Counted from the first letter of the stretch, positions 19,073 to 29,155 are shown. The stretch: 64,000 nt of DNA from an archaeon (GCA_021792955.1 JAJYTP010000002.1:43575-107574); one strand, 5' to 3'. A program made the numbers and translations. Notes: generated by a model not told the origin, from the sequence alone.

Positions 19073-19786
19073 TCAGTCGTTCTCCAGTTCGAGAGTACCC
19101 TTTAGATTCCTGATCCCTCCAAGCAGCTTTCCATCTAGCATGTACGCATTAAAATCTATCAAGCGTCTTTCAAAGAAGGGGATCTTCATTCGGGGGTTTC
19201 TGAGCCCCATCCCAGGAATGAACTGATTGAATGGTGGGATCAAAATGAAAGATGGCAGCTTCCCCGTGTCTTGGATAAGCCACACGGGATATTTTGAACT
19301 TCCATATCTGATAAATAGGTGCAAGTGCGCCATGATTATACAGTCCGAAGTGGCTACTGCCTTGCTGGGTCTCGCATGGCCGTGCAATATGCCATAGCTT
19401 CTTCCTTGGCTTTTTAGGACAGTGCCGCTCGGAGAGAAGACAGTTACGTAGCTAGGCAGGATTCTTTCAATAGATCCGTCATGGTTCCCTTTAACCAGGT
19501 TTACTTTGAACGATGCGTTTATTTCCTCCAGTAGTTCCAACAGCTCAGATATCTCTTCGGAGCCGGGGAACGTTATGGTGTTCTTGAGATCGCCAAGAAT
19601 GTATAGCTCGGAGGCGTTGGAGGATGATGATAAAAGCCTGATGTAGTTTTTATAAGTTCTCGTAAGCGGGGGGATATGTATGCCCCTCCTCATCGCCTCA
19701 AACTCGTATCCGATATGGAGGTCCCCTATGACCAAGTATTTTTTATCGATTTCAAGCGCAGGGATATCATCAACCAGCCTGATCAA
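19073..19786 (-). CDS. Calcineurin-like metallophosphoesterase
   Basis: GDLHIG, LGDLK, KGNHDG, LHGH, AHLH. Confidence 0.9.
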   Translation of the reverse strand: MIRLVDDIPALEIDKKYLVIGDLHIGYEFEAMRRGIHIPPLTRTYKNYIRLLSSSSNASELYILGDLKNTITFPGSEEISELLELLEEINASFKVNLVKGNHDGSIERILPSYVTVFSPSGTVLKSQGRSYGILHGHARPSKAVATSDCIIMAHLHLFIRYGSSKYPVWLIQDTGKLPSFILIPPFNQFIPGMGLRNPRMKIPFFERRLIDFNAYMLDGKLLGGIRNLKGTLELEND

Positions 19787-19801
19787 GGGCGGTCGGCTAC
19801 T

Positions 19802-20512
19802 TTATCTGGATATATCAGTTGATGGAGGGGGTGACGCTGGCTTAAAAAGTGGAATCACTTCGTTAAACGCATATTTTACGATATCCTCCTGTGTTCCCTG
19901 CGAAAAGATCGTTATTACGCTATTTCTGGTTAACCCTATAATTTGGTTGGCAGATCTGACCTTCACTACTATATACCAGAGCAGGCCGTGTGTTTGATAT
20001 TCCTTGAAGAGTTCAGTATCTGACAATCCTTCTCCATATAATGCTAATACATTTACACTGGGGATATCCACTTGGTCAAAGAACGCCACCCTGGTTTCTT
20101 CGAGGCTCCTTCTATAGTATTCTAGAAAAGCCTCCGGGTCAATCCTTGCTTCAACTATGGTTCCTGGCTTCATGAATAAAATCTTACTCAATGTATTGGC
20201 TATTTCGTTTGCAATTCTCTTTTTGGCTAAAATTAACAGGAAAGTCTGGTCAACCAGCGACCTGATAAAGAAAGGTATCTTTGAAGTTGAAACAGCAGGC
20301 TTCCTGCCTTCCTTGAGGCCAAGGTAAACTATGTTATCCCTATAAAAGTCCCCTATGAGCGTTCCATCCTTTATCTCCCTCACCTCGATCTCCGTCTTTA
20401 GGCTAAGGCCAGCCTCTGTATCCTCTGTCGAGTTCCGAAACCCCTGTAGCTTTTCTCCGAACATTTCTAGAGGATCATCAGAAAGGACCTTGAACAGCTT
20501 ACCGGCTATCAT
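19802..20512 (-). CDS. Conserved hypothetical archaeal protein
   Basis: Long ORF with TATA ~25 nt upstream of ATG 20512; FFDQVDIP...LYG...WYIV motif; function unknown. Confidence 0.7.
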   Translation of the reverse strand: MIAGKLFKVLSDDPLEMFGEKLQGFRNSTEDTEAGLSLKTEIEVREIKDGTLIGDFYRDNIVYLGLKEGRKPAVSTSKIPFFIRSLVDQTFLLILAKKRIANEIANTLSKILFMKPGTIVEARIDPEAFLEYYRRSLEETRVAFFDQVDIPSVNVLALYGEGLSDTELFKEYQTHGLLWYIVVKVRSANQIIGLTRNSVITIFSQGTQEDIVKYAFNEVIPLFKPASPPPSTDISR

Positions 20513-20626
20513 TTTCAAGGGGCTAAAGGTTATGCTCATTAAAAACCTTTACTGGCCAAACGGCCTATCTTGGCTAATCTATCAAATTAGGCGATGTTTA
20601 ATTCGATCGTATAGGGTAAACTTTTC

Positions 20627-21221
20627 ATGAGGAGGAAAATTGTGGCTATTGGCGTTATAGCACTGGCAAATATGTACGGGCTAATCTCCGCCAGCCCTTT
20701 CCTTTTTAAAGCGAGCTTTGATGCGAGTTCGCTGTATCCATTAAATGAGCGCAAATTTGAACGCGAATCAGACAATTTTTGTACCCTCGGTACTCCCGGC
20801 CGATATATTGACGATGATCTATAACGATTCATTATCGATGCCACTGGAATTTAATTTGAACGGTATGAGTGTACAAAGCGTAAACGATACGTACTTCGGA
20901 GAGTACTAGAACACAGGGAACGTTACACTAAGTGTTTATCTCCTGGATAACTATACAAATCCCGTCGTCTATTATTCAAGCCTGGCTAAGCCTGTAAGCG
21001 GTATATTAGATATCCTTTTATTGATAGTTGCAGGTATAGCCCTCCTTATAGGAGGGGCTGTAACAGCAGTCATATGGTTGTTGATGAGAAGGAGCCGTCC
21101 CTCAGTTAAAGAATACAACGGTTTCAATAGTAGCAAATATCTCCGTAATTCCAAGGTTTTAAGTGAAGGCTCCGCAAAAACATCTTGGGTAACTATTTTT
21201 GTCATAATTCCCAATTTTTGA
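20627..21221 (+). pseudogene. Disrupted membrane-anchored glycoprotein-like gene
   Basis: N-terminal hydrophobic segment in one frame; frameshift near 20741-20746 into a frame rich in N-x-S/T sequons; in-frame TAG at 20907-20909; C-terminal TM then MRRSR. Confidence 0.65.
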
Positions 21222-21486
21222 CATAAAGTGGCCCCCAATCAGCAAATTACCCGAACATAATTTTATTGTCCTTGTTCGCCGTTAAATATAATTAACGAAG
21301 CTTGATAGGAATATGGATTAGCTGGTGGGCGACGATTCAGGGGTTAGCCCAGTCAACGATCACTCACAGGCAAGGTGCTGCACAAAAAGATATACTGATC
21401 CATGGATGTGATGTAAAATCTGCGCATTAAGGGCCTCTGGAGGATGTACGCAAACCTTTTTATCAACCAGCTTATAAAAAAAGGCC

Positions 21487-22239
21487 ATGGCGGAGCTAGA
21501 TGGAAAGGTTTTATTCATAACTGGCGCATCTTCGGGCATAGGGTCGGCGGCTGCAAAAGTGGCTTTCAGGGAGGGCGCACTGCTGGCTTTAAACTACCAT
21601 GAACATGAGGGAGGAATAAAAGAGCTGCTTGAAGGCCGTGATGGGGAAGCGAGGGTCCTTTCGGTTAAGGGTGATGTGACAAGAAGTGATAACGTTAGGG
21701 CAATGGTAGGATCGGTTATCAAAAAATTCGGTAAGATCGACGTTCTCATCAACAACGCAGGGGGTTTGCCTGAAAGGAGGCCTTTCCTCCAAACCGATAC
21801 GGAATATTGGGATAAGCTCCTAAGCATTAACCTCAGGTCGGCATATATCGTAACAAGGGAAATTCTTCCCGGTATGGTTCAAAGGGGAGGTGGTGTCATC
21901 ATAAACATATCATCAATCGCTGCGGTGGCGGGGGGAGGTATGGGGGCTTCGGCATATGCAACAGCAAAGGGGGGATTGGCTACCTTCTCTAGGGCGCTTG
22001 CAAAGGAATTTGGAACTAAGGGGATCAGGGCCATATCGGTTTTGCCAGGACTGATAGATACTCCATTTCATGAAAAGGCAGGCACAAAGGACCTAAATGA
22101 ATGGGCAAAGAGGTCGGTCATGCTCGGCAGGGTTGGAAGGGCCGAGGAGGTTGGCGAGTTAATCTCCTTTTTGTCAAGCGACAGGGCCAGTTATATTACC
22201 GGTGTAAGTATTCAGATTGATGGCGGCTGGGCATATTGA
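21487..22239 (+). CDS. Short-chain dehydrogenase/reductase
   Basis: TGASSGIG, NNAG, YATAK. Confidence 0.95.
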   Translation: MAELDGKVLFITGASSGIGSAAAKVAFREGALLALNYHEHEGGIKELLEGRDGEARVLSVKGDVTRSDNVRAMVGSVIKKFGKIDVLINNAGGLPERRPFLQTDTEYWDKLLSINLRSAYIVTREILPGMVQRGGGVIINISSIAAVAGGGMGASAYATAKGGLATFSRALAKEFGTKGIRAISVLPGLIDTPFHEKAGTKDLNEWAKRSVMLGRVGRAEEVGELISFLSSDRASYITGVSIQIDGGWAY

Positions 22240-22252
22240 GCGTATGACGCCA

Positions 22253-22612
22253 TTAACCATACACAGGAAGGTCCATAGGTGATGATTTAGTCCCCTTGCT
22301 CTTAATTATTTTCCTTTCAAAATAAACTAGAAGGGATATTGTAACCACTTCAAGTAAAAATATAACGTAAAGGAAATAGTTTCCTAGAAATATAATGCCT
22401 GCTAGCAAATATATTAATGAAATGCCATTTAAAAAATAGGACGCCATACGAGGGCCAAGGTCCAATAGATGAAGGGTTCCAATGGCCAATATGAAAATGA
22501 AAAAGGCCAAGCTTAGATAAGGAGAGGCCAACCCAATGGAAAGGATGAACATGATGAGGTAAGCTACAGAAATTACAATATGAAACGTCCCGATAAGGAG
22601 GTTGGATTTCAT
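22253..22612 (-). CDS. Hypothetical four-TM membrane protein
   Basis: Four hydrophobic segments; C-terminal PMDLPVYG. Confidence 0.7.
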   Translation of the reverse strand: MKSNLLIGTFHIVISVAYLIMFILSIGLASPYLSLAFFIFILAIGTLHLLDLGPRMASYFLNGISLIYLLAGIIFLGNYFLYVIFLLEVVTISLLVYFERKIIKSKGTKSSPMDLPVYG

Positions 22613-22700
22613 TTGCGAATAAAGCCTTGGGCGGTTCCATTTAACTATTTCTAAAAAATTGATTTAATGAAGTGTTTAATAATGAATATTTCTTACACCA

Positions 22701-22776
22701 AGTTCCCATGTAGCCGACGAACCTCATGAGGGATACTGGCATGAAGCTCACGAGCTTTAGCGTGAGAGGATGCCAC
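22701..22776 (+). mobile_element. Orphan IS200/IS605-type right end / TnpB omegaRNA-like scaffold, copy B
   Basis: AGTTCCCATGTAGCCGACGAACCTCATGAGGGATACTGGCATGAAGCTCACGAGCTTTAGCGTGAGAGGATGCCAC; terminal CTCACG/CGTGAG hairpin; homologous to copy A. Confidence 0.68.
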
Positions 22777-22854
22777 ATGGTAAAACTTTACCGGAAGAAG
22801 TAGATAATTCAATATGTCGAAAGGTTTAAAGGGATCGATTGTGCATTTAAATAA

Positions 22855-23409
22855 ATGGTTAAGCTGGAATATGAGGACTCCTTCGTCAAAGCCGCTGGCA
22901 TGCTGGGAGGAGAGGAATATGTACGCGTCGCTCGAGCCCTTCTTAATAATGTAGACGCCACCGATGAGGAAATAGCTAGCGCTACGGGTCTTAAAATAAA
23001 TATAGTGAGGAGAGTGCTTTATGCGCTCTTTGAAAGGTCACTTATAATAGGTATAAGGTTTAAGGACCCTAAAAAGGGCTGGTACGTATATAGATGGAAG
23101 GCGCAATCTGATGCAGTGGATACATTCCTGATGCGGGAGAGGAGAACCGTGCTTCAGAAGCTGACCGAAAGGCTGGAATATGAAAAATCAAACAGTTTTT
23201 ATTATTGCGGCACACCTACCTGCAAGAAGAGAACGTTTGAAGAATCAATGATGGACCTCTTTAAGTGTCCAGAGTGCGGTAATACGCTTACACCATACGA
23301 TAACTCAGAATTGATCAAGGCGATCGAGTGGAAGATAAATCAGATAAACGAAGAAATGGAACAGAAAAAAAGGGAGACGGAGAAGCCGATAGCGCCAAAG
23401 GAAAAGTAA
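22855..23409 (+). CDS. tfe: Transcription factor E alpha
   Basis: TDEEIA...INIVRRVLY, GWYVYRW, LEYEK..FYYC, FKCPECG..L..YDN. Confidence 0.95.
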   Translation: MVKLEYEDSFVKAAGMLGGEEYVRVARALLNNVDATDEEIASATGLKINIVRRVLYALFERSLIIGIRFKDPKKGWYVYRWKAQSDAVDTFLMRERRTVLQKLTERLEYEKSNSFYYCGTPTCKKRTFEESMMDLFKCPECGNTLTPYDNSELIKAIEWKINQINEEMEQKKRETEKPIAPKEK

Positions 23410-23433
23410 CATCCCCATTGCTGGGCGCTAAAA

Positions 23434-24768
23434 TTAGCTTTCCTTCCCTACTCTCGCAGCTATTATGACCGAATCCCAAACAGGCGAAAATGGTGGCGCA
23501 TAAGGAATTCCAGAGAAAAAGAGATCGTTTAGGTTGAATTTAGCCTGAATGGCCACGCTCAATGCGCTGATCCTCCCCCATGCTCCACGCCCGAGCGCCT
23601 GAGCCCCCACAATGGCCTTTGATTCAGCTAGGTATACCAATTTGATTTTTATTTCACTTCCACCCGGATAGTATCCTGCCATATTTTCCCCTTCAATGGT
23701 AACCGATCGTACGTTCATGCCTGCGGCCCTGGCGGCCTTTTCAGTAAGCCCTACACCACCTATCTCCATATCATAGAACTTGGTTATAGAGGAGCCCACT
23801 GTTCCAGGGAAAGCCAAATCCCCACCCGTAGCATTCGTTCCAGCTACATATCCCTCCTTATTGGCCTCGGGCGCGAGCGGGACATATACCGGTCCCCCGG
23901 TTATCATGCTCCTGATTTCCACGTTATCCCCAGCAGCGAATATGGATGGATCTGAAGTGAGCATGTGATCATCAACGGCTATCGCCTTTGTGCTTCCAAG
24001 CTTAAGGCCCGCCGTACGAGCAAGGTCGGTATTGGGCTTAACTCCCATGGAAAGGATCACGCCGTCAAAAGATGCTCGCCCGCCATCGGTTTCAACTATT
24101 ACGCTGGGACGATCTTTTTCCCCGTATATGCCCTTTACAGCTAACCCCTTCTCTATCTTTACCCCTTTATTAATTACCGCCTTTTCAACCAGAGCCGCTG
24201 TATCAGTATCCATATTTGGCATGATCTGGGGCATGGCCTCCATTATAGTGACCTTCTTGCCTATGGCGCTAAGGCCTTCAGCCATTTCAATGCCTATATA
24301 TCCGCCTCCCACTATTCCTATGTTTTTGGAATCAGCCAACCGTTTCTTGATGGTTATGGCATCCTCGATATATCTAACGGTAAATACCTGCTCGGCTTCC
24401 AGCCATTTCTTTTCAGGTATAAATGGCGATGCACCGGTAGCAAGGACGAGCATGTCATAGTTTAGTGTAATTTCCTTATCATTAGTAATAGCCCTAATGG
24501 ATTTGGCGCCAGCATCAATGCCAAGCACCTTGGACTTGACGTACACATCTATCCTCCTGTTCTTCTTGAAGAATTCAGGGGTATAGGTAACCAGGTCCTC
24601 CGCTTCGTTCACCAACCCCTGTATAAAATAAGGTATGCCGCACGGGCCATAGGATACATAGCCGGATTCTTCAAATACTTTTATCGAAGAATCAGGATCG
24701 CGTTTCCTTATCCTTGAAGCTGCGCTCATGCCTGCGGCTCCCCCCCCTATAACGACATATGATTTCAT
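23434..24768 (-). CDS. CoA-disulfide reductase / NADH oxidase family flavoprotein
   Basis: GGGAAG, SYGPCGIPY (redox Cys), GGGYIG, AAGD, YAPPFSPVWD. Confidence 0.93.
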   Translation of the reverse strand: MKSYVVIGGGAAGMSAASRIRKRDPDSSIKVFEESGYVSYGPCGIPYFIQGLVNEAEDLVTYTPEFFKKNRRIDVYVKSKVLGIDAGAKSIRAITNDKEITLNYDMLVLATGASPFIPEKKWLEAEQVFTVRYIEDAITIKKRLADSKNIGIVGGGYIGIEMAEGLSAIGKKVTIMEAMPQIMPNMDTDTAALVEKAVINKGVKIEKGLAVKGIYGEKDRPSVIVETDGGRASFDGVILSMGVKPNTDLARTAGLKLGSTKAIAVDDHMLTSDPSIFAAGDNVEIRSMITGGPVYVPLAPEANKEGYVAGTNATGGDLAFPGTVGSSITKFYDMEIGGVGLTEKAARAAGMNVRSVTIEGENMAGYYPGGSEIKIKLVYLAESKAIVGAQALGRGAWGRISALSVAIQAKFNLNDLFFSGIPYAPPFSPVWDSVIIAARVGKES

Positions 24769-24909
24769 GTAGGGTACAGCCTTTGCGGGCTTAAAATACT
24801 TTATCAATAGGCGTCTTGGCTGTGGGAAGCGTTTCCGGAGTAAAATATTTCATTAACTGGGGGATGTTCGGATAGATAGAGTTAAAAATGTCATAATGGT
24901 AGAAGGCTC

Positions 24910-27900
24910 ATGTCGGCTCCTATCGCTTTTCTCACTCAGAAGATAAGTGAACAGTCAAAGGAGATAACGGATCTTAAGGGAGGCTTCCTGTTAGGAGCTG
25001 GCTATGATGGAGACAAGAAGTTGGCCTACCTTAAATTCTTGGATACTGTTTCACAGTCCATCTGTTATTATTATGATAATTCAGGCCATAGGCCCTATTG
25101 TTATAGCAAAAAGACGCCATCTGAGCTTCAGCAACTATTAAAGAGGCCGGATGTAATTGCCATAAGGAAGGAAGAGAAACTCGAACCTATAAGTGACCAG
25201 AAGATCGAGGTATCAAAGATAATCACTTCAGACCCGTTAGCCATTGGCGGTTCACCCAACAGTCTAAGGAATATCGAGGACTGCTATGAAGCCGATATCA
25301 AATATTATGAAAATTACCTCTATGATCTGGGGCTCATTGCCTGTACATATTATGACCTAGAAAAGGGCGTCATAAGTAAGTCAACGATCAGCTACACGGA
25401 GGATATGTCATCCGTGTTGCAGGGGGTGATAGGCTCTCAGGACGCGTCTATGGCCAAGTACACGAGAGACTGGGCATTCATCCTTGCCCAACCGTTCCCC
25501 TATATAAAAAGGGCCGCGATAGACATCGAAGTATTTGCTGAAGCCGAAAATAGATTGCCGGACCCCGAAAAGGCAGAACAGCCCATTATAAGCATCTCCG
25601 TTGTGGGAAATGATGGCCAGCGAAAGGCCTTCGTACTTAGGAGGACGGATGTGGAACCCGGTGATGACAAGCTGCCGGAAGGGGCAGATCTAATTTACTA
25701 TGATGATGAACTCCAGCTGCTGCTCGACTTCTTCAAAAAGATGCTTGAATATCCGGTAATAGTGACATTCAACGGTGACGGCTTTGATCTTCCATACCTG
25801 TACCATCGAGCGCAGAATCTGAATGTGCCTAAGGAAGCTATTCCGATCAGCATCGGTAAGGAGGTCGCATCCCTTAAACATGGAATACATGTTGACCTGT
25901 ATAAAACATTCATAAATAGATCGATTCAGGGTTACGCCTTTTCTAACAAGTATTCTGAGCATACTCTTGACGCCATTAGCCAGGCCATCCTAGGCGAAGG
26001 AAAGGAACCGGTTGTAGACAGCATAAATACCATGACGACTACCAAGCTAGCCGTATACAATTTGCAGGATTCAAACATAACCTTGGGGCTGACCACTTTC
26101 AATGATGATCTATTGTTCAAGCTCCTAATGACCATATCAAGGGTCGCTAAGATGCCGATCGAAGATACATCCAGGCTAAGCGTTTCCAATTGGATCAGGA
26201 GCATGCTTATCTTCGAGCACAGAGCTAGGAAAGCGCTGGTGCCCAAGAGGGAGGAAATAGCCGCCAAAGGTAATGCTGGCTCCACGGCGATAATCAAAGG
26301 CAAGAAATATCAGGGAGGATTCGTTGTAGAGCCGAAACCCGGCGTTCACTTCCAAGTAGTAGTTCTGGACTTTGCCTCCCTGTATCCTAGCATCATTAAG
26401 GTCTATAACCTAAGTTATGAAACTGTAAAGTGCCCACACCCAGAGTGCAGGGATAACATACTTCCTAATACAAATCTATGGGTCTGCAAAATAAACAAGG
26501 GTATGATTTCCCTCCTGATAGGCTCCTTGAGAGATATAAGGGTGAACTATTTTAAATCCCTTGCAAGGATAGCCGTAAACAAGGAACAAAAGCAATTTTA
26601 CAACGTTATATCCCAATCACTAAAGGTTATACTCAATGCGTCATATGGGGTGATGGGGTTCGAAAGCTTCCCCTTCTACAGTTTGCCGGTAGCAGATTCG
26701 ACTACTGCATTGGGGAGATATTCCATTCAGAGCGCTATAACAAAGGCTCAGGAACTGGGGAGTGAGGTGATATACGGCGATAGCATAGCCGGTGACTCAA
26801 TTGTGGTAGTAGCAACTGAAGGCGAGCAATCCGGTGTTTTACCCTCGCCAGCTGTTGAACGAAAGATGAAGGTTGAGGACCTGTTTAAGAGGGTCGATAT
26901 AACCGGTGACGGGGGGAAGGAGTATTATCTGCCCGAGCATCTCTTTGTAGAATCACTGGATCAAAATAAAATGGTGACGTTTGCGAAGGTCGTCAGTATA
27001 ATGCGTCACCGAACCGCTAAAGACATGTACAGAATACGGGTGGATGGGCATAACATAGACGTTACAGAGGATCATTCGCTCATTTCGCTTTCGGAATCCG
27101 ACAGTCCGCAATTTTCACCTATCAGACCACTGGATATCAAGAAAGGAACGCTGCTTGTAACGAGATCGAACACGACGAACGAAGTTAACGCTGGCAGTGG
27201 AACAAAGATCAGTATCTTATCGGCAGGCTATCATTTGGCGCACGCGTCAAGCATCGAGAAGCTGGCTGGCTATCAAGGCTACGTCTATGATCTGGAAGTG
27301 GAAGGTAATCACCGTTTCTTCGCGAACTCCGTGTTAGTCCATAATACTGATAGCCTCTTTCTAAAAAATGCTTCCTCTATGCAAATCAAGGAAATCGAAA
27401 GATGGGCCAAGGAAAAGCTCGAAATAGATCTGGAGATAGACAAAAGGTACCGGTTTGTGGCGTTCAGTCAGAGGAAAAAGAACTATTTGGGTGTTTATGA
27501 AGATGGTTCCGTAGAGGTAAAGGGACTTTCCGGGAAGAAATCACATACTCCGGAATACATCAAAGAGGCCTTCTATAGCGTACTGGATACGCTTGGTAAG
27601 GTCAAGACGGAGGGTGATTTTGTTGAAGCAAAGGAAGAAATAAGGAAGAAGATACGTGAAGCATATTTGATGATAAATGAAAGGAAGGTGCCACTTGAAA
27701 AGTTAGCCTTTAAGGTCATGCTCAACAAGCCCGTTGACAAGTATACAGTAAGCACGCCGCAGCATGTCAAGGCGGCTCAACTGCTCATAGAAAATGGCAG
27801 TGAAATCAAGGCAGGCGATGTCATTTCATATATAAAGACTGTGACCCCGTCTGGAGTAAAGCCGCTATCCCTGACAAAGAAGGAAGATATAGATACCGGC

Positions 27901-28008
27901 AAATACATCGAGTTCCTTGAGAGCACGTTCGAACAGCTGCTGGATGCTTTAGGGTACAACTTCGATCAGATAATAGGTTCATCTAGAATCGAAGATTTTT
28001 TTGGCTAA
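24910..28008 (+). CDS. polB: Family B DNA polymerase (PolB1 type) containing an intein
   Basis: YDNSGHRPY N-terminus, DIEV and TFNGDGFD exonuclease motifs, DFASLYPS, KVILNASYG, YGD/TDS split by an insertion, KKNY. Confidence 0.96.
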   Translation: MSAPIAFLTQKISEQSKEITDLKGGFLLGAGYDGDKKLAYLKFLDTVSQSICYYYDNSGHRPYCYSKKTPSELQQLLKRPDVIAIRKEEKLEPISDQKIEVSKIITSDPLAIGGSPNSLRNIEDCYEADIKYYENYLYDLGLIACTYYDLEKGVISKSTISYTEDMSSVLQGVIGSQDASMAKYTRDWAFILAQPFPYIKRAAIDIEVFAEAENRLPDPEKAEQPIISISVVGNDGQRKAFVLRRTDVEPGDDKLPEGADLIYYDDELQLLLDFFKKMLEYPVIVTFNGDGFDLPYLYHRAQNLNVPKEAIPISIGKEVASLKHGIHVDLYKTFINRSIQGYAFSNKYSEHTLDAISQAILGEGKEPVVDSINTMTTTKLAVYNLQDSNITLGLTTFNDDLLFKLLMTISRVAKMPIEDTSRLSVSNWIRSMLIFEHRARKALVPKREEIAAKGNAGSTAIIKGKKYQGGFVVEPKPGVHFQVVVLDFASLYPSIIKVYNLSYETVKCPHPECRDNILPNTNLWVCKINKGMISLLIGSLRDIRVNYFKSLARIAVNKEQKQFYNVISQSLKVILNASYGVMGFESFPFYSLPVADSTTALGRYSIQSAITKAQELGSEVIYGDSIAGDSIVVVATEGEQSGVLPSPAVERKMKVEDLFKRVDITGDGGKEYYLPEHLFVESLDQNKMVTFAKVVSIMRHRTAKDMYRIRVDGHNIDVTEDHSLISLSESDSPQFSPIRPLDIKKGTLLVTRSNTTNEVNAGSGTKISILSAGYHLAHASSIEKLAGYQGYVYDLEVEGNHRFFANSVLVHNTDSLFLKNASSMQIKEIERWAKEKLEIDLEIDKRYRFVAFSQRKKNYLGVYEDGSVEVKGLSGKKSHTPEYIKEAFYSVLDTLGKVKTEGDFVEAKEEIRKKIREAYLMINERKVPLEKLAFKVMLNKPVDKYTVSTPQHVKAAQLLIENGSEIKAGDVISYIKTVTPSGVKPLSLTKKEDIDTGKYIEFLESTFEQLLDALGYNFDQIIGSSRIEDFFG
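26782..27345 (+). mobile_element. Mini-intein (188 aa) in the PolB YGD|TDS motif
   Basis: Starts SIAGDS, block B VTEDHSL, block F VYDLEVEGNHRFFAN, ends VHN before T; no LAGLIDADG motifs seen. Confidence 0.95.
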
Positions 28009-28068
28009 TTTCAAGCTCTTCTTTAAAAGTATATAAAGTATATTATATAAAAGGTAAAATCGATCTAA

Positions 28069-28518
28069 ATGAAGGTTAGAAGTCCCGAATTTAGGGATCA
28101 AGGATCAATTCCTATAGAACTCACCTGCGATGGAAAGGATGTATCTCCGCGACTTGAGTGGGACGCTGTACCTGGAGCCAAGAGCTATGCCTTGATAATG
28201 GAGGACCCTGACGCTCCCAACGGCACGTTCACCCACTGGGTTATCTATGCCATACATAACACGTTCTTACCTAAGGGGGTACCGGCGGCCGATAAATCGG
28301 AATATGGCTTTCAGGGAATAAACGACTTTGGAAAGATAGGATATGGGGGGCCCTGTCCCCCAAAGCCTCACCCAGCGCACAGGTATTATTTTTATGTATA
28401 TGCTATCAGTGAGGATATAGAGTTTACACCGAAAACAACGGCCGTGTTACTGCGGAGTAAGATAAGGGGAAAGACCATAGATAGCGGAGTAATTATGGCC
28501 AAGTATAAACGCATATAA
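28069..28518 (+). CDS. YbhB/YbcL family PEBP/Raf-kinase-inhibitor-like protein
   Basis: TCDGKDVSP, MEDPDAP..FTHW, GYGGPCPP, HRYYFYVYA. Confidence 0.95.
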   Translation: MKVRSPEFRDQGSIPIELTCDGKDVSPRLEWDAVPGAKSYALIMEDPDAPNGTFTHWVIYAIHNTFLPKGVPAADKSEYGFQGINDFGKIGYGGPCPPKPHPAHRYYFYVYAISEDIEFTPKTTAVLLRSKIRGKTIDSGVIMAKYKRI

Positions 28519-28662
28519 ACGCAAATAATGCGCTGTAAAAGAGCATTCCAGGGCATTAAATCATGAGTTATTTATCTATCTATCTTAAAAACGCCACTTA
28601 GCAAATCTGCGAATTACGGCTCAGATTTAAAAAACATTTTTATATGGTCAAATCAAATCAGC

Positions 28663-29133
28663 TTGAGAATGATAAACGAAGTTATAGTTGAGAAAAGCAG
28701 TGCAGAGGAACTCCTGTATGATTTGAGCAAGAGACTAAAGTCAAATAAGGTCGTTGGTATGGCCAGGTTGCCTGAGCCAAGAGCCGATCAAGAGTATAGA
28801 GATGTAATCAAAAAGATTTACACCTTAACCGGCAGCGTAGAGCCTATAGTCATGCTCGAAGGCGATGACGGTCAGAAGTATGTTTACACATTCCTCATTA
28901 CATCCAATCTTGAAAAGGGAAAGGAGATAGTGGAATCCAGCGCGGTCGTCAGCGGGAAGTTAATTACGATCAGGGGGGATGGCACTGAAGTACGGTCTTA
29001 CAGTCCTCTTAAGATTTCAGGTGGGAGGGAATTGTTCAAGAGAATTGAAACTATTGCCAACGATTATGAGGCTGCATACAGTGACCTATTTATAAGGAAA
29101 TCTAAGAAGATAGATCCATATTATTGGTTATGA
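28663..29133 (+). CDS. Hypothetical protein
   Basis: 156-aa ORF preceded by TTTTTATA; ATG 28669 is an equally likely start. Confidence 0.7.
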   Translation: MRMINEVIVEKSSAEELLYDLSKRLKSNKVVGMARLPEPRADQEYRDVIKKIYTLTGSVEPIVMLEGDDGQKYVYTFLITSNLEKGKEIVESSAVVSGKLITIRGDGTEVRSYSPLKISGGRELFKRIETIANDYEAAYSDLFIRKSKKIDPYYWL

Positions 29134-29155
29134 GAAAAGGATGTAGATAATTAAA

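Noticed and set aside
20907-20909. In-frame TAG as possible pyrrolysine or readthrough codon
   Set aside because: The same gene also has a frameshift and no pyl genes are in the window; pseudogenisation or sequence error is simpler
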